Positions 13,463-22,852 of a stretch of DNA of 64,000 bases are shown here, one piece after another. Location of the stretch: NCBI GenBank assembly GCA_963750165.1, contig CAVVPN010000012.1, positions 1-64,000 of the forward strand, in the 5' to 3' direction. The DNA is from an uncultured Gemmataceae bacterium (GTDB lineage: Bacteria; Planctomycetota; Planctomycetia; Gemmatales; Gemmataceae). The notes below the pieces were generated by a model. That model was not told the origin of the DNA. It saw only the letters and a program-made list of their open reading frames with translations, and made no database searches. The first letter of the stretch is position 1; each line of letters opens with the position of its first letter. The translations under genes and the position numbers were made by a program.

Positions 13463-13878
13463 GCCTTCACATCCTCGATACCGATACGTTGACCTTGTTT
13501 CAGGAAGGCCAGGCCATCGTTTGCCAACGCATCAAAGACCACCCACAAACAGACCTGGCGATCACCGTCTTGAGCGTCGAGGAGCAGTTGTCGGGCTGGT
13601 ACACCGCGCTGCGGCGGGCCAAGTCGATCGACAAACTGGCCTGGGTCTATCGTCGCCTTGCGGAAACCGTGCGCTTTTTCTCCCGGCTGCGAATCGTCGC
13701 TTTTGAGGAACCAGCCATCCGTCGCTATGAGGAGTTGGCGGAGCTAAAGTTGAAGGTCCGCAAAATGGACCTGCGGATAGCCGCCACGGTGATTGAGTGC
13801 GGCGCCACTCTCGTCACACGGAACACTCGAGACTTCAAGGATATTCCTGGTCTGGTCTATGCCGATTGGTCCAAATAA
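13459..13878 (+). CDS. vapC: PIN-domain (VapC-like) toxin
   Basis: ILDTDTL, VEEQLSG, DLRIAA, LVTRNTRDF..IPGL...DWS. Confidence 0.9.
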   Translation: MSLHILDTDTLTLFQEGQAIVCQRIKDHPQTDLAITVLSVEEQLSGWYTALRRAKSIDKLAWVYRRLAETVRFFSRLRIVAFEEPAIRRYEELAELKLKVRKMDLRIAATVIECGATLVTRNTRDFKDIPGLVYADWSK

Positions 13879-13915
13879 TTGATGGGAGAAGGATGCGTCT
13901 CCTATTTAGGCTCCC

Positions 13916-14030
13916 GGTGAATGGCAGAGCGTGCGGGCGGCGCTACGTGGCGGCGATCCGCGCGACGTGGTGTTCCGCGATCTGTTCTGGGCGCTGCTGA
14001 ATACCAAGGAGTTCGCGTTTAACCATTGAT
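13916..14030 (+). repeat. Direct repeat copy 2 (orphan DUF1553 3' end)
   Basis: Encodes GEWQSVRAALRGGDPRDVVFRDLFWALLNTKEFAFNH* with no upstream gene. Confidence 0.9.
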
Positions 14031-14043
14031 TGGCGCGGCACCT

Positions 14044-14097
14044 GGCGCACTGGAAGGGTTCCAGGGGCGTGAGCCCCTGGAACCCTTCCAGTGCGCC
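14044..14097. repeat. REP-like hairpin or bidirectional terminator
   Basis: GGCGCACTGGAAGGGTTCCAGGGGC-GTGA-GCCCCTGGAACCCTTCCAGTGCGCC, a perfect stem. Confidence 0.8.
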
Positions 14098-14121
14098 CCT
14101 CCGGGGCTCAATGCAAAATCG

Positions 14122-14583
14122 CTAGCGAATCTTGACGGGTTCCTTGTGGGGCTCCAGTTCCATGATGCCGACCTCGTCAGCCTCCTCGATAATCAGCGGC
14201 GGGTCGGCCTCCTCGCTGAGCTGCGGCTGCGTCGGATCGGGCATGCCCTCCGGCCAGATGTGAAAGCCGCCGCGCAGGCCCCAGTTGGCGATTTCCCAGA
14301 CACCCCAGATGCCCTTGCCCTCGTTGAAACCCTGGTAAAACACGTCGTGCTTGCCCTGGTAGCGCTTGGTCCAGTGGCAGCGGCCGTCGGCGACGTTGTA
14401 GCGGCCGCGCACGGTGAACTTGCCCACCCAGTCGCGGCCCTCGCCGCGCAACTCGCCGTTGCGGAACGTCAGGCGCAGTTCCATGCGGTGTTTGCCGGGA
14501 ATGGCTTTTTGCAGGAAAAAGCCCGTCCACGGGCCGCTCGGGAAGCGCGGGTCGGTTTCGAGCTGGTCGACGGTGGTACTCAT
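14122..14583 (-). CDS. Hypothetical beta-barrel-like protein
   Basis: GGAGG RBS; PSGPWTGFF...WTKRYQGKHDVFYQG...GFHIWP. Confidence 0.7.
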   Translation of the reverse strand: MSTTVDQLETDPRFPSGPWTGFFLQKAIPGKHRMELRLTFRNGELRGEGRDWVGKFTVRGRYNVADGRCHWTKRYQGKHDVFYQGFNEGKGIWGVWEIANWGLRGGFHIWPEGMPDPTQPQLSEEADPPLIIEEADEVGIMELEPHKEPVKIR

Positions 14584-14682
14584 GAACCTCCTCCTTCGGC
14601 GGTCAGACCTGAACCACGCGCACATTGTAACCGACCGCGACAACTGCCCGGTAGGTTGACCGGCGATTTTTCCCCTGCCGCC

Positions 14683-16161
14683 TTACGGCGCCTGCCGCAA
14701 CCGCTTGCGGAACTCGTCCAGCGCGTGCCGGATGACGCGCTCGACCTGCTCCAGCTGCTCCGGCGTCGGCTCGTGATCCAGGTGGACGCCGACCTGGAAG
14801 TCGTCGGCCGTCACCTCCACCGTCACGTCGCTGAGCAGGTTCGGCGGCACGCGCTTGAGGATGAACTCCCGGCACGCTTCCGCCAGGGCCTTACCGCGGT
14901 CGCCGCAGCCGCACGAACTGCCTGACGCCACCGCGTCCAGGTGGCTGCGGGCGCACACCGCATCAATGTGCGCCGGATCGATGCCGTTCAGCGCCGCCAC
15001 CAGCAGCGCCTGGGCCTCGTCGAGCCGGCCGGCGTGCTGCAGGAAGATGCCCAGCGCGATCCGGCCCCGGCTCAGCAGCTCCGTGTCCGGCGCCGCCGCC
15101 GCCACAGTCACCGCCTCGCGCAGCAACGGCTCCGCCTCCGCCTGGCGTTCGTTCTCTGATAAAAACAGGCCGAAATTCCGCAGCACCTGCGAACGGATGC
15201 CGACCTCGCCCAGCCGCTCGGCTCGCTGTAGCGCGTCGCGGTAGGCGGCCGCGGCCGGTTCCAGTTGGCCGGCCTCGCTCAGCGCCAGGGCCAGCCCCTG
15301 CACCGCCTGCAGCGCCAGCGTGAAGTTGCCGCCGCGCTCCGCGATGACCAACAGCCGCCGCAGCGACGCCTCGCGCGCCGCCGGGTCGTCCAGGTGGCGG
15401 TCCAGGTTGGCCATGTGCTGCAGCGTCAACAGCACCAGCCGATGGCCCTCGCCGAAGCGGCCGGTCAGCAACGGCAGCAGATCGTCGAGGACACGGCGCA
15501 GGGATGTGCTCGGGTGCTGATAGTCGATGCGGTTCAGGATCGTTTGCGCCATCTGCTCGATGATCTCGTCCGGAAGCGCGTCCAGGTTGGCGAAGGGCGG
15601 CCTGTCCATGTCGGCGGCCCTGAGGATTTCGGCCCGCAGGGCGACGGCGGTGGCGACGCGCGGATGGCCGTTGCGCCAGAAGTTTTCAATGGTCTCCTCG
15701 ACGGCCGCCAGCGCCTCCTGTGTTTTGCCGGTGCGCATGAGCAGGTCGGCCAGCGGTTCCAGACCGAAGGCATAACCGGGGTGTTCGCGGCCGTAGAACA
15801 GCCGGCGGGCGTCGAGGCCATCGCGCAGCACCTGCTCCGCCTCGTCGAAGCGCTCCGCCATTTCCAGGCAGTAGCCGAGGTTCATCAGGTATGTCAGGCG
15901 ATCCCTGGCCGCGGCGGTGTCGTCCGGCACGTAGACCACGGCGGCCTTGCGGAAGGCGTCGGCGGCCCAGTCCAGGCGGCCCAGGTTCATGAGCACGGCG
16001 CCGAGCGCGTTCTGCGCCGTGGCGTACTGCGGACTTTTGTCGCCATGTTCGGCCGCGGCGGCGCCGACCGCGGCGCGCGTCAGCTCCTCGGCCTCCAGCG
16101 TCCGGCCCTCCTGCAGCAGAGCCATGGCACGTTCGAGCAGGTTGTCGTCAGCGGTGGACAT
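14683..16161 (-). CDS. Tetratricopeptide repeat protein
   Basis: Repeated helical motifs NALGAVL, NLGYCL, YGREHP, GHPRVA, NFGLFL. Confidence 0.8.
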   Translation of the reverse strand: MSTADDNLLERAMALLQEGRTLEAEELTRAAVGAAAAEHGDKSPQYATAQNALGAVLMNLGRLDWAADAFRKAAVVYVPDDTAAARDRLTYLMNLGYCLEMAERFDEAEQVLRDGLDARRLFYGREHPGYAFGLEPLADLLMRTGKTQEALAAVEETIENFWRNGHPRVATAVALRAEILRAADMDRPPFANLDALPDEIIEQMAQTILNRIDYQHPSTSLRRVLDDLLPLLTGRFGEGHRLVLLTLQHMANLDRHLDDPAAREASLRRLLVIAERGGNFTLALQAVQGLALALSEAGQLEPAAAAYRDALQRAERLGEVGIRSQVLRNFGLFLSENERQAEAEPLLREAVTVAAAAPDTELLSRGRIALGIFLQHAGRLDEAQALLVAALNGIDPAHIDAVCARSHLDAVASGSSCGCGDRGKALAEACREFILKRVPPNLLSDVTVEVTADDFQVGVHLDHEPTPEQLEQVERVIRHALDEFRKRLRQAP

Positions 16162-16181
16162 GAGCGGGCCTCCGATCTATT

Positions 16182-16241
16182 CGTGGGGCAGGCTTTCCAG
16201 CCTGCCGGAGCGACTCGGCAGGCTGGAAAGCCTGCCCCACG
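16182..16241. repeat. REP doublet (GTGGGGCAGGCTTTCCAGCCTGCC family)
   Basis: Perfect inverted pair. Single copy at 56906..56931; related pair at 44090..44153. Confidence 0.8.
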
Positions 16242-16244
16242 TTC

Positions 16245-18110
16245 TTACTCGCCGCCGCCGGTGGTGCGGCCCAGGGCCACGTCGAACTCGCTCAGCAGCG
16301 GCACCAGCATCGCCGCCACCGTGAACGCGAACGTGCCGCCCGTCACCAGGAACGGTACGATCGGGTCGCTGGACTCGTGCGTCGTCGGGTTGCCGATCAG
16401 GATGTTCGTCACACTGTAATAAACCGCCAGCGGACACAGCCAGCTCGCGATCGTCAGCGCCGTCGAGGGCCGGTCGCCGGACAGCACCCACCACAGACCG
16501 CCGATGCCCGCCGCCAAAAAGAAGATGAAGCTGAACCACTGATACTCGAAGCGGCCGTTAATCAGGATCAGATAAATGCAGATCAGCGTGCCGACCGACA
16601 GGAAGAATACCGTCGCCAGCGTGTTCAGGATCGCCACCCGACTCTTGTCGTTGCGCAGCGCCACGTGCAGGCCGAGCACCATCACGAACGCCAGCAGGAT
16701 CAGCATCCCCGGCAGCACGCACAGGACCGCTTCCAGGTTTTTGAACCCCTGGGCGGGGTTTTCAAACAGTTTCTCCTGAAACACGTCCTGAACAATTGGT
16801 TTGGACCCGGGCCGCACGCCGGGCGCCCAGGCCAGGAGCCGAACGCAGCCGTAAAAGATGGCCAGCAACAGCGGCGGTAGCAAAAACTCCTTGGTGTTGT
16901 AGCAAATGCCGCCGAGCTTGCCAAAGATGAACTCGCGCGGCGTCAGGTCCGTCACCAGCAGCAAGTCCAGGGCGCCGGTGTCGCGCTCGGAGGTGATGGC
17001 CGTCACCGCCTGGGCGCTGACCAGCAGCAGGCTCAGGATGCCCACCGGCACCAGGCCGCGCGCCGCCGCCCACCTGTCGCCGGGCTGGGCGAGCGCGAAA
17101 TAGACGATCAGCCCCAGCACCAGGAAATACGCCACCTTGACCAGCAGCGGCCGCCGACCGTAAGCGCGCGTGGCGATCTCGCGCCACAGGATCGGGTTGG
17201 CCCACACCTGCCGCACCGCTCCCGGCGCCGCGTGGGCCCGGGCCCGGTCCTTTAACTCCTCCTCCTCGGGTCGTTCGCGCTGCATGATCGGCTCGCCGCT
17301 GGGATTCCACACGCGCAGTCGTTGGATCGCATAGCCGTTGAGCAGTACGCTCACGGCCAGCATCGCCAGGCCATAGCCGTAGGCCGGCGCCAGGCCGCGC
17401 AGTTCGCTCGGCAGCGGTTCCACCACCGTCTGCATCGCCAGGAACGGCTCCAACCACACCTGCAACCGGGCGACCGTCTCCGGGCTGAGCCAGCCGCCCA
17501 GGCCGACCAGCCCCAGCAGCGCCGGCAGCACCGACAGGGCGTGAACCAGGCACAGGTACAGCACCAGGAACAGGACCGTCAGCGCCAGGGCCTGGAAGGT
17601 CTTGTCGCGCCACAGGGCGATCAGACCGCCGAGTGAGCCGGCCGCCAGCGCCGTCGCCGCCAGCACCGTCACCGCCTGGAAGACCTGTTCGCCGCTGACG
17701 CCGCCCAGGAACAGGTGCAGCATCAGCAGCGGCACCATGCCCGCCAGCAACAGGCCGATTTGCAACAGGCTGCCGAACAGCTTGCCCAGGACGATCTCGT
17801 GGTTGCGCAGGTCGGTCAGCAGCAGCAGCAGGAAGGTGCGGCGGTCCTTCTCGACGGTGATGGAGCTGGCGGCGGACAGGGCGGCGAAGAACAGCAGCAG
17901 TAGCAGCTGGACGTAGGTGAGGATTTGAAAGAGCAGCAGGCCGAAGCGGGCGGTGTCGCCGAGCGTGGCCACGCGGTCCCAGCCAACCGACGCCTGCCAG
18001 GTGGTCAGACCGAGGATCCACAGCAGCCCGAGGTAGGCAGTGCGGGTCACGTAATGCCGGCCGCGCCGCGGTAGCGTCAGCCATTCACGAACGAAGATGG
18101 GACCAAGCAT
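16245..18110 (-). CDS. ABC-2 type transporter permease (double domain)
   Basis: GPIFVREW, SITVEKDRRT...LLLTDL...IVLGKL, NPILWRE, AITSERDTGALDLLLVT; many TM segments. Confidence 0.85.
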   Translation of the reverse strand: MLGPIFVREWLTLPRRGRHYVTRTAYLGLLWILGLTTWQASVGWDRVATLGDTARFGLLLFQILTYVQLLLLLFFAALSAASSITVEKDRRTFLLLLLTDLRNHEIVLGKLFGSLLQIGLLLAGMVPLLMLHLFLGGVSGEQVFQAVTVLAATALAAGSLGGLIALWRDKTFQALALTVLFLVLYLCLVHALSVLPALLGLVGLGGWLSPETVARLQVWLEPFLAMQTVVEPLPSELRGLAPAYGYGLAMLAVSVLLNGYAIQRLRVWNPSGEPIMQRERPEEEELKDRARAHAAPGAVRQVWANPILWREIATRAYGRRPLLVKVAYFLVLGLIVYFALAQPGDRWAAARGLVPVGILSLLLVSAQAVTAITSERDTGALDLLLVTDLTPREFIFGKLGGICYNTKEFLLPPLLLAIFYGCVRLLAWAPGVRPGSKPIVQDVFQEKLFENPAQGFKNLEAVLCVLPGMLILLAFVMVLGLHVALRNDKSRVAILNTLATVFFLSVGTLICIYLILINGRFEYQWFSFIFFLAAGIGGLWWVLSGDRPSTALTIASWLCPLAVYYSVTNILIGNPTTHESSDPIVPFLVTGGTFAFTVAAMLVPLLSEFDVALGRTTGGGE

Positions 18111-18185
18111 AGCGGCTTCCAACGCCCCGCACGTCAACCCGACCAGGAAATGCCAACACGGTCAGAGTATGAAGCAGCCCGGATT

Positions 18186-18349
18186 TTTCACCACAAAGAC
18201 ACGAAGGACACCAAGAAGCGGGGTTCGCTGTCTTGGTTCGTAGTACCGCCTTCAGGCGGCATTCGGCGAAGACCGCCTGAAGGCGGTACTACGAACCAAG
18301 ACAGCGCCGTTGCCTTTTCCTTTGTGTCCTCCGTGTCTTTGTGGTGAAA
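18186..18349. repeat. Nested palindrome: CACCACAAAGACAC outer arms enclosing a GTAGTACCGCCTTCAGGCGG REP doublet
   Basis: Outer TTTCACCACAAAGACAC...GTGTCTTTGTGGTGAAA; inner perfect arms at 18226..18306. Confidence 0.85.
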
Positions 18350-18373
18350 TCGCTTCTGCCGACCTTCCCGGAG

Positions 18374-19636
18374 ATGGATGCGATGACTTCCTTGCTGATT
18401 ACCGCCGACCGCCTGTTCGACGGCACCGGCGGCCCCACCGTGGTGCGGCCACTGCTGCGCGTGGACAGCGACCGCATCGCCGCCGTCGAACAGGCCCTGC
18501 TGCCGCCCGCCGGCTGCACCGGCGAGCGCCACGACTTCCCCGGCTGCACCGTCCTGCCCGGCCTCATCGACACGCACGTCCACCTGGTCTTCGCCGCCCT
18601 GGAGACCAACGACGCCATCATCCGCCAGGTGAACGGCGAGACCGACGACGAGTTGTTGCAGCGGGCGGAGGCGAACGCACGCGCTGCGCTGCACGCCGGC
18701 CTGACGACGGTGCGCGATTGCGGCGGCCGCAACCGCGTGGTGCAACGGCTGCGCGACCGCATCGCCACGGGCCAGGCCGAGGGGCCGGACGTGCTCAGCT
18801 GCGGTATGCCGATCACCACGACGCGCGGCCACTGTCACTGGCTCGGCCTGATCGCCGACACGCCCGCCGAGGTCCGCCGCGCCGCCGAGCGCATGCTCGC
18901 GGAGGACGCCGACTTCCTCAAGGTCATGGCCACCGGCGGCAACATGACGCCCAGCTCCGACCCGATGCGCGCCCAGTACGACGACGCGACGCTCAAAATG
19001 ATCGCCGACCTGGGCCGCGCCGCCGGCAAGCACACCGCCGCCCACGTGCTCAGCCGGGCCGCTCTGCCTGGCGCCGCCGTCGCCCGCGTCCGCACCATCG
19101 AGCACTGCGACTGGCGCGTCGAGGAGGACCGCTACGCCTTCGACCCGGACCTGGCGCAACAGCTGCTCGAGCAGCAGCAATACGTCGGTCTGACGATGTC
19201 GAGCCTGGCGCGGCGGGCGTTTTTGCCGCAGATCGCGCAGTTGAACATCGGCCCGGTGCGGCGGCTGGACCAGCGCTTCGAGTGCGAGCGGCGCATGCTC
19301 GACTTCGGCCTGCGCTACACGCTGCACAGCGACGCGGGCGTGCGGCTGACGCCCATTGCGCGCTTCGATCTGGGGCTGATGGCGGCGGTGCGCGAGCTGC
19401 GGCTGACGCCGGCGGAAGCGCTGCGGGCGGCGACGGCGACCGCGGCGGAGGCAATCGGTTTGGCCGACCGCGGCGTCTTGACAGTGGGCAGACGCGCCGA
19501 CCTGATCGTGGTGGAGGGCAACCCGCTGCAGGACATTTCGTGTATCGGCCGTGTCAAGGCGGTGTTGAAGGCGGGCCGCTGGTTCGTCAACCCGGCGAAC
19601 GTGCAACCGGTTCTCATGAAGGAGAAGGACCCATGA
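18374..19636 (+). CDS. Amidohydrolase family protein (imidazolonepropionase-like)
   Basis: PGLIDTHVH, GLTTVRDCG, LKVMATGG, AAH, IEHC, SDAG, GRRADLIVVEGNPL. Confidence 0.88.
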   Translation: MDAMTSLLITADRLFDGTGGPTVVRPLLRVDSDRIAAVEQALLPPAGCTGERHDFPGCTVLPGLIDTHVHLVFAALETNDAIIRQVNGETDDELLQRAEANARAALHAGLTTVRDCGGRNRVVQRLRDRIATGQAEGPDVLSCGMPITTTRGHCHWLGLIADTPAEVRRAAERMLAEDADFLKVMATGGNMTPSSDPMRAQYDDATLKMIADLGRAAGKHTAAHVLSRAALPGAAVARVRTIEHCDWRVEEDRYAFDPDLAQQLLEQQQYVGLTMSSLARRAFLPQIAQLNIGPVRRLDQRFECERRMLDFGLRYTLHSDAGVRLTPIARFDLGLMAAVRELRLTPAEALRAATATAAEAIGLADRGVLTVGRRADLIVVEGNPLQDISCIGRVKAVLKAGRWFVNPANVQPVLMKEKDP

Positions 19637-20067
19637 AGCGCCTGAGCTACTGCGGGACGTTGGCCGTGCTGCTGGCAGGCGCCGCTTACGCCGGCGGCGA
19701 GCGTGAGGAGCAGTTGCGGTTGGAGGGCAACTGGGAAATTGTGGAACTGGGATACGTTGGCGCTGTCAAGCCGTACCCGAAGGGTCTCAAGATAATCCCC
19801 ATCAACACGGGCAAGATGGCCTACACCGCCGCCACCATCTATGCCCTGCGTCTGGCGCCGACCCGCGAACCGCGCGAGGTGGACCTGACGGTCGTCTCCG
19901 GCTCCGCCAAGACCAAGGGTAAGGTGTACAAGGGCATCTACAAGCTGGAGGGCGACACCTTCACCATCCATTACGCGCTCACCGGGGACCGGCCCAAAAA
20001 CTTCACGGACGGCGCGGGCACCAAGGTGCGCGTGATGAAGTTACAGCGCGTCCGGCAAGCAAAATAG
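19633..20067 (+). CDS. Secreted TIGR03067-domain protein, copy 1
   Basis: Signal peptide; LEGNW, PREVDLT, GIYKLEGDT...RPKNF. Confidence 0.85.
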   Translation: MKRLSYCGTLAVLLAGAAYAGGEREEQLRLEGNWEIVELGYVGAVKPYPKGLKIIPINTGKMAYTAATIYALRLAPTREPREVDLTVVSGSAKTKGKVYKGIYKLEGDTFTIHYALTGDRPKNFTDGAGTKVRVMKLQRVRQAK

Positions 20068-20075
20068 GAGTGACC

Positions 20076-20516
20076 ATGATGCGATCTGCTCTGGCCTGTG
20101 GGGTGGCATTGGTGCTGGCGGCAGGCGCGCCGGCCGGCGGCGAGCGCGAGGAACAGCTTCGGCTGCGTGGCGCCTGGCAAATCGTGTCCCACGCCCCGTT
20201 CGGACAGCCGGGCAAGCAGAACGGACAGCGAATCATTATCACCGGCGACAAACTGGAATTCGAAAAGATCATCCGCTACACCCTGCGCCTGGCCCCGACC
20301 CGGGAACTGCGCGAATTCGACCTGATTGGCCTGTCCGACCCCAATGGCCCCAAGGGCCCCTTGTACAGGGGCATTTACAAGCTGGAGGGCGACACGCTCA
20401 CCCTCCACTACGCCCTCTCCGGGGAGCGGCCGAGCAGCTTCACGGATAACGACAAATCCAGAGTGTGGGTGTTGCAGTTGCGGCGTATCAAGGAAGAACG
20501 AAAGGAGCGAACATGA
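20076..20516 (+). CDS. Secreted TIGR03067-domain protein, copy 2
   Basis: Same framework: LRGAW, GIYKLEGDTL, RPSSF. Confidence 0.85.
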   Translation: MMRSALACGVALVLAAGAPAGGEREEQLRLRGAWQIVSHAPFGQPGKQNGQRIIITGDKLEFEKIIRYTLRLAPTRELREFDLIGLSDPNGPKGPLYRGIYKLEGDTLTLHYALSGERPSSFTDNDKSRVWVLQLRRIKEERKERT

Positions 20517-20944
20517 TGCGATCTGCTCTGGCCTGTGGAGTGGCCCTGGTGCTGGCGGCGGTCGCGCCGGCCGGCGGCGAGCGCGAGGAACAGTTGCGCC
20601 TCAAGGGCACCTGGGAACTCGTGGAACTGGGATACGTCGGCGCTGTCAAGCCGGTCGGCAGCAAGAACTTTTCGATCACCATCATCGGCGACAAGATGAC
20701 CCTTTCCGCCAAGGTTACCTGGGTCCTGCGCCTGGCCCCGACCCGTGAGCCGCGGGAGGTGGACCTGACGGTCGTCGCCGGCACCACGTCCAAGAGCAAG
20801 GTGTACAAGGGCATCTACAAGCTGGAGGGGGACACCTTCACCATCCATTACACACTCACCGGGGACCGGCCCAAAAACTTCACGGACGGCGCGGATAACA
20901 AGGTCCGTGTGATGAAGTTGAAGCGCGTCAACAAACCGAAGTAG
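20513..20944 (+). CDS. Secreted TIGR03067-domain protein, copy 3
   Basis: AAGGAG RBS; LKGTW, GIYKLEGDT, RPKNF. Confidence 0.85.
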   Translation: MMRSALACGVALVLAAVAPAGGEREEQLRLKGTWELVELGYVGAVKPVGSKNFSITIIGDKMTLSAKVTWVLRLAPTREPREVDLTVVAGTTSKSKVYKGIYKLEGDTFTIHYTLTGDRPKNFTDGADNKVRVMKLKRVNKPK

Positions 20945-20952
20945 GAGGGATC

Positions 20953-21402
20953 ATGACGCCGAATACCGCAGTCCTCTGGGTGGCCGTGGCGCTGGTGCTG
21001 ACGGCGGGAGCGGCCCACGCCGGTGAGCGCGAGGAGCAGTTGCGCTTTCAGGGCACCTGGCAGTTGCTGGAGTCGGGGTTGGTCAACCGTCCGATTAAAA
21101 TCAAAGACCAACGGATGACCGTCGTCGGCACCAAAATCACGTTCAGCGGCAGCACGCACTTCACCCTCCACCTGGCCCCGACCCGCGAGCCGCGTGAGCT
21201 GGACCTGCGGCCGCTCGACGGCAAAAACGAGAAGCAGTGGTACAAGGGCATTTACAAACTGGAGAACGACACGCTCACGATCTACTACGCCCTGCCGGGC
21301 GGCGCTCGGCCCACGAACTTTCGCGACGCCAATCAGAACGGGGTGCAGGTGTACTTGATGAAATACCAGCGTGTCCGGGACGGCAAGAAGGGGGACCGAT
21401 GA
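20953..21402 (+). CDS. Secreted TIGR03067-domain protein, copy 4
   Basis: GGAGG RBS; FQGTW, GIYKLENDTL, RPTNF. Confidence 0.85.
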   Translation: MTPNTAVLWVAVALVLTAGAAHAGEREEQLRFQGTWQLLESGLVNRPIKIKDQRMTVVGTKITFSGSTHFTLHLAPTREPRELDLRPLDGKNEKQWYKGIYKLENDTLTIYYALPGGARPTNFRDANQNGVQVYLMKYQRVRDGKKGDR

Positions 21403-21836
21403 GGACCACATGCGCAGTGCGGTGCTGGCTGGCGGCGCTGCTGCTGGCGGCGGGGGTCGCGCACGCCGGCGGCGCGCGCGAGGAACAACTGCGGTTGCAG
21501 GGCACCTGGCAGTTGCTCGAAATCGGGGTGGCCGGCGACACCGTGAAAATGTCCGCGGTCAGCCGTACCGTTGTTATCGCCGGCGACAAAATGGCGTTCA
21601 GCCCCAAGACGGAGTACCGTCTCCGTCTGGCCCCGACCCGGCAGCCGCGCGAAATCGACCTGACCATCACGAAGACCAACAAGGTCCTCAAGGGCATCTA
21701 CGAGTTGCAGAACGACACGCTCACCATCTACTACACGACCACCGGCCGGCGGCCCACGCGGTTTGAGGACCGGGGCAAGGACGGCGACGTGGTCCGCGTG
21801 ATGAAGTACCGACGCATCCCGAAAGAACAGAAATAA
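21399..21836 (+). CDS. Secreted TIGR03067-domain protein, copy 5
   Basis: LQGTW, PREIDLT, GIYELQNDTL, RPTRF. Confidence 0.85.
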   Translation: MRTTCAVRCWLAALLLAAGVAHAGGAREEQLRLQGTWQLLEIGVAGDTVKMSAVSRTVVIAGDKMAFSPKTEYRLRLAPTRQPREIDLTITKTNKVLKGIYELQNDTLTIYYTTTGRRPTRFEDRGKDGDVVRVMKYRRIPKEQK

Positions 21837-21865
21837 GTGAGTTACCGCCTGATTCCGTTGAAATG

Positions 21866-22080
21866 ATTTCACCGCGGAGCACGCAGAGCGAAGACCAGTT
21901 CAAATGTCTTGATCTGAGTTCATCTGTGGATGCGCTTTGGCCTTCGCTCTGCGCTCTCCGGAGGCGCCGAACAACAACTTCCAAGAGTAGGACGGCTCTC
22001 CAGAGCCGTCCCGACGGCTCTGGAGAGCCGTCCTACGAAGTTGTTGTTCGGCGCCTCCTCCGTGTGCTCCGTGGTGAAAT
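21866..22080. repeat. Triple-nested palindromic REP-like element
   Basis: Outer ATTTCACCGCGGAGCAC/GTGCTCCGTGGTGAAAT; middle GGAGGCGCCGAACAACAACTTC/GAAGTTGTTGTTCGGCGCCTCC; inner GTAGGACGGCTCTCCAGAGCCGTC doublet. Confidence 0.85.
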
Positions 22081-22087
22081 ATTCTTC

Positions 22088-22852
22088 TCAGTTGCCCGAG
22101 ACGCCTGGCTTTTGCGCGGCCGGCACGCCGTCGTTCAGCAGCATTTCCGCCCGTTCCGGGTGGCGCTCCAGATACCATGCCAGGCCGGCGAAAAACATCT
22201 GCATCTGCGAGACGCACTGTTCAGCCATCCGCGGCGCCGACGGCCCCAGCACGCGCGACACGATGGCCACGGCGGCGCTGTCGGTGTGGATGAACATGTC
22301 CGCCTGGTGCTGGACGGTGGTGGCGCCGCGCTCGTCGCGGCCCTCGGTGTGCCGCAGGATCACGCACGCCTTGACCTGCACGCGCGGCAGCAGCAGCCCC
22401 GGCTTGACGTGGCCGGTGGCGTACCAGATGCGCAGGTTGGCGCCGCGGTGGACGGTGTCCCAGACGATTTCGCTACCTTGCTCGTCCGTCCAGGCGAAGC
22501 GGCCGGCGCCGCGATCCGCGATATTGACGCACTTGGCCCCCAACCGTCGCCAGGCGATCACGGCCCGGTCGGGGTGGTCCAGGATCCAGTAATACACCGC
22601 TGGCTTGCAGGCGAACTGCTCGGCGGGGCCGCTGGTGAACAGCGTCGGCCGGTCGAGCGTCGTCTTCAGCCCTTCGCGCACCGACGGGGGCATCACGTCC
22701 AGCGGCACCTGCTGCGCCGACTGCACCCTGTCCAGTTTGACCGCGCCCGGCACTGGGGCGAACGGCGTCTGCGCCGCGGCGCTGCCCGCGCCGACTGCGA
22801 ACACTCCGGACACCAGTCCCAACCAGGCCAACCGTAATCGACGGGCTTGCAT
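22088..22852 (-). CDS. Secreted hypothetical protein (possibly START/SRPBCC-like)
   Basis: Signal peptide-like N-terminus; biased codon usage. Confidence 0.65.
   Translation of the reverse strand: MQARRLRLAWLGLVSGVFAVGAGSAAAQTPFAPVPGAVKLDRVQSAQQVPLDVMPPSVREGLKTTLDRPTLFTSGPAEQFACKPAVYYWILDHPDRAVIAWRRLGAKCVNIADRGAGRFAWTDEQGSEIVWDTVHRGANLRIWYATGHVKPGLLLPRVQVKACVILRHTEGRDERGATTVQHQADMFIHTDSAAVAIVSRVLGPSAPRMAEQCVSQMQMFFAGLAWYLERHPERAEMLLNDGVPAAQKPGVSGN

Noticed and set aside
19633..21836. CRISPR array or DGR explanation for the repeated blocks
   Set aside because: The repeats are protein-coding paralogues; no cas or reverse transcriptase, and no adenine-specific variation.
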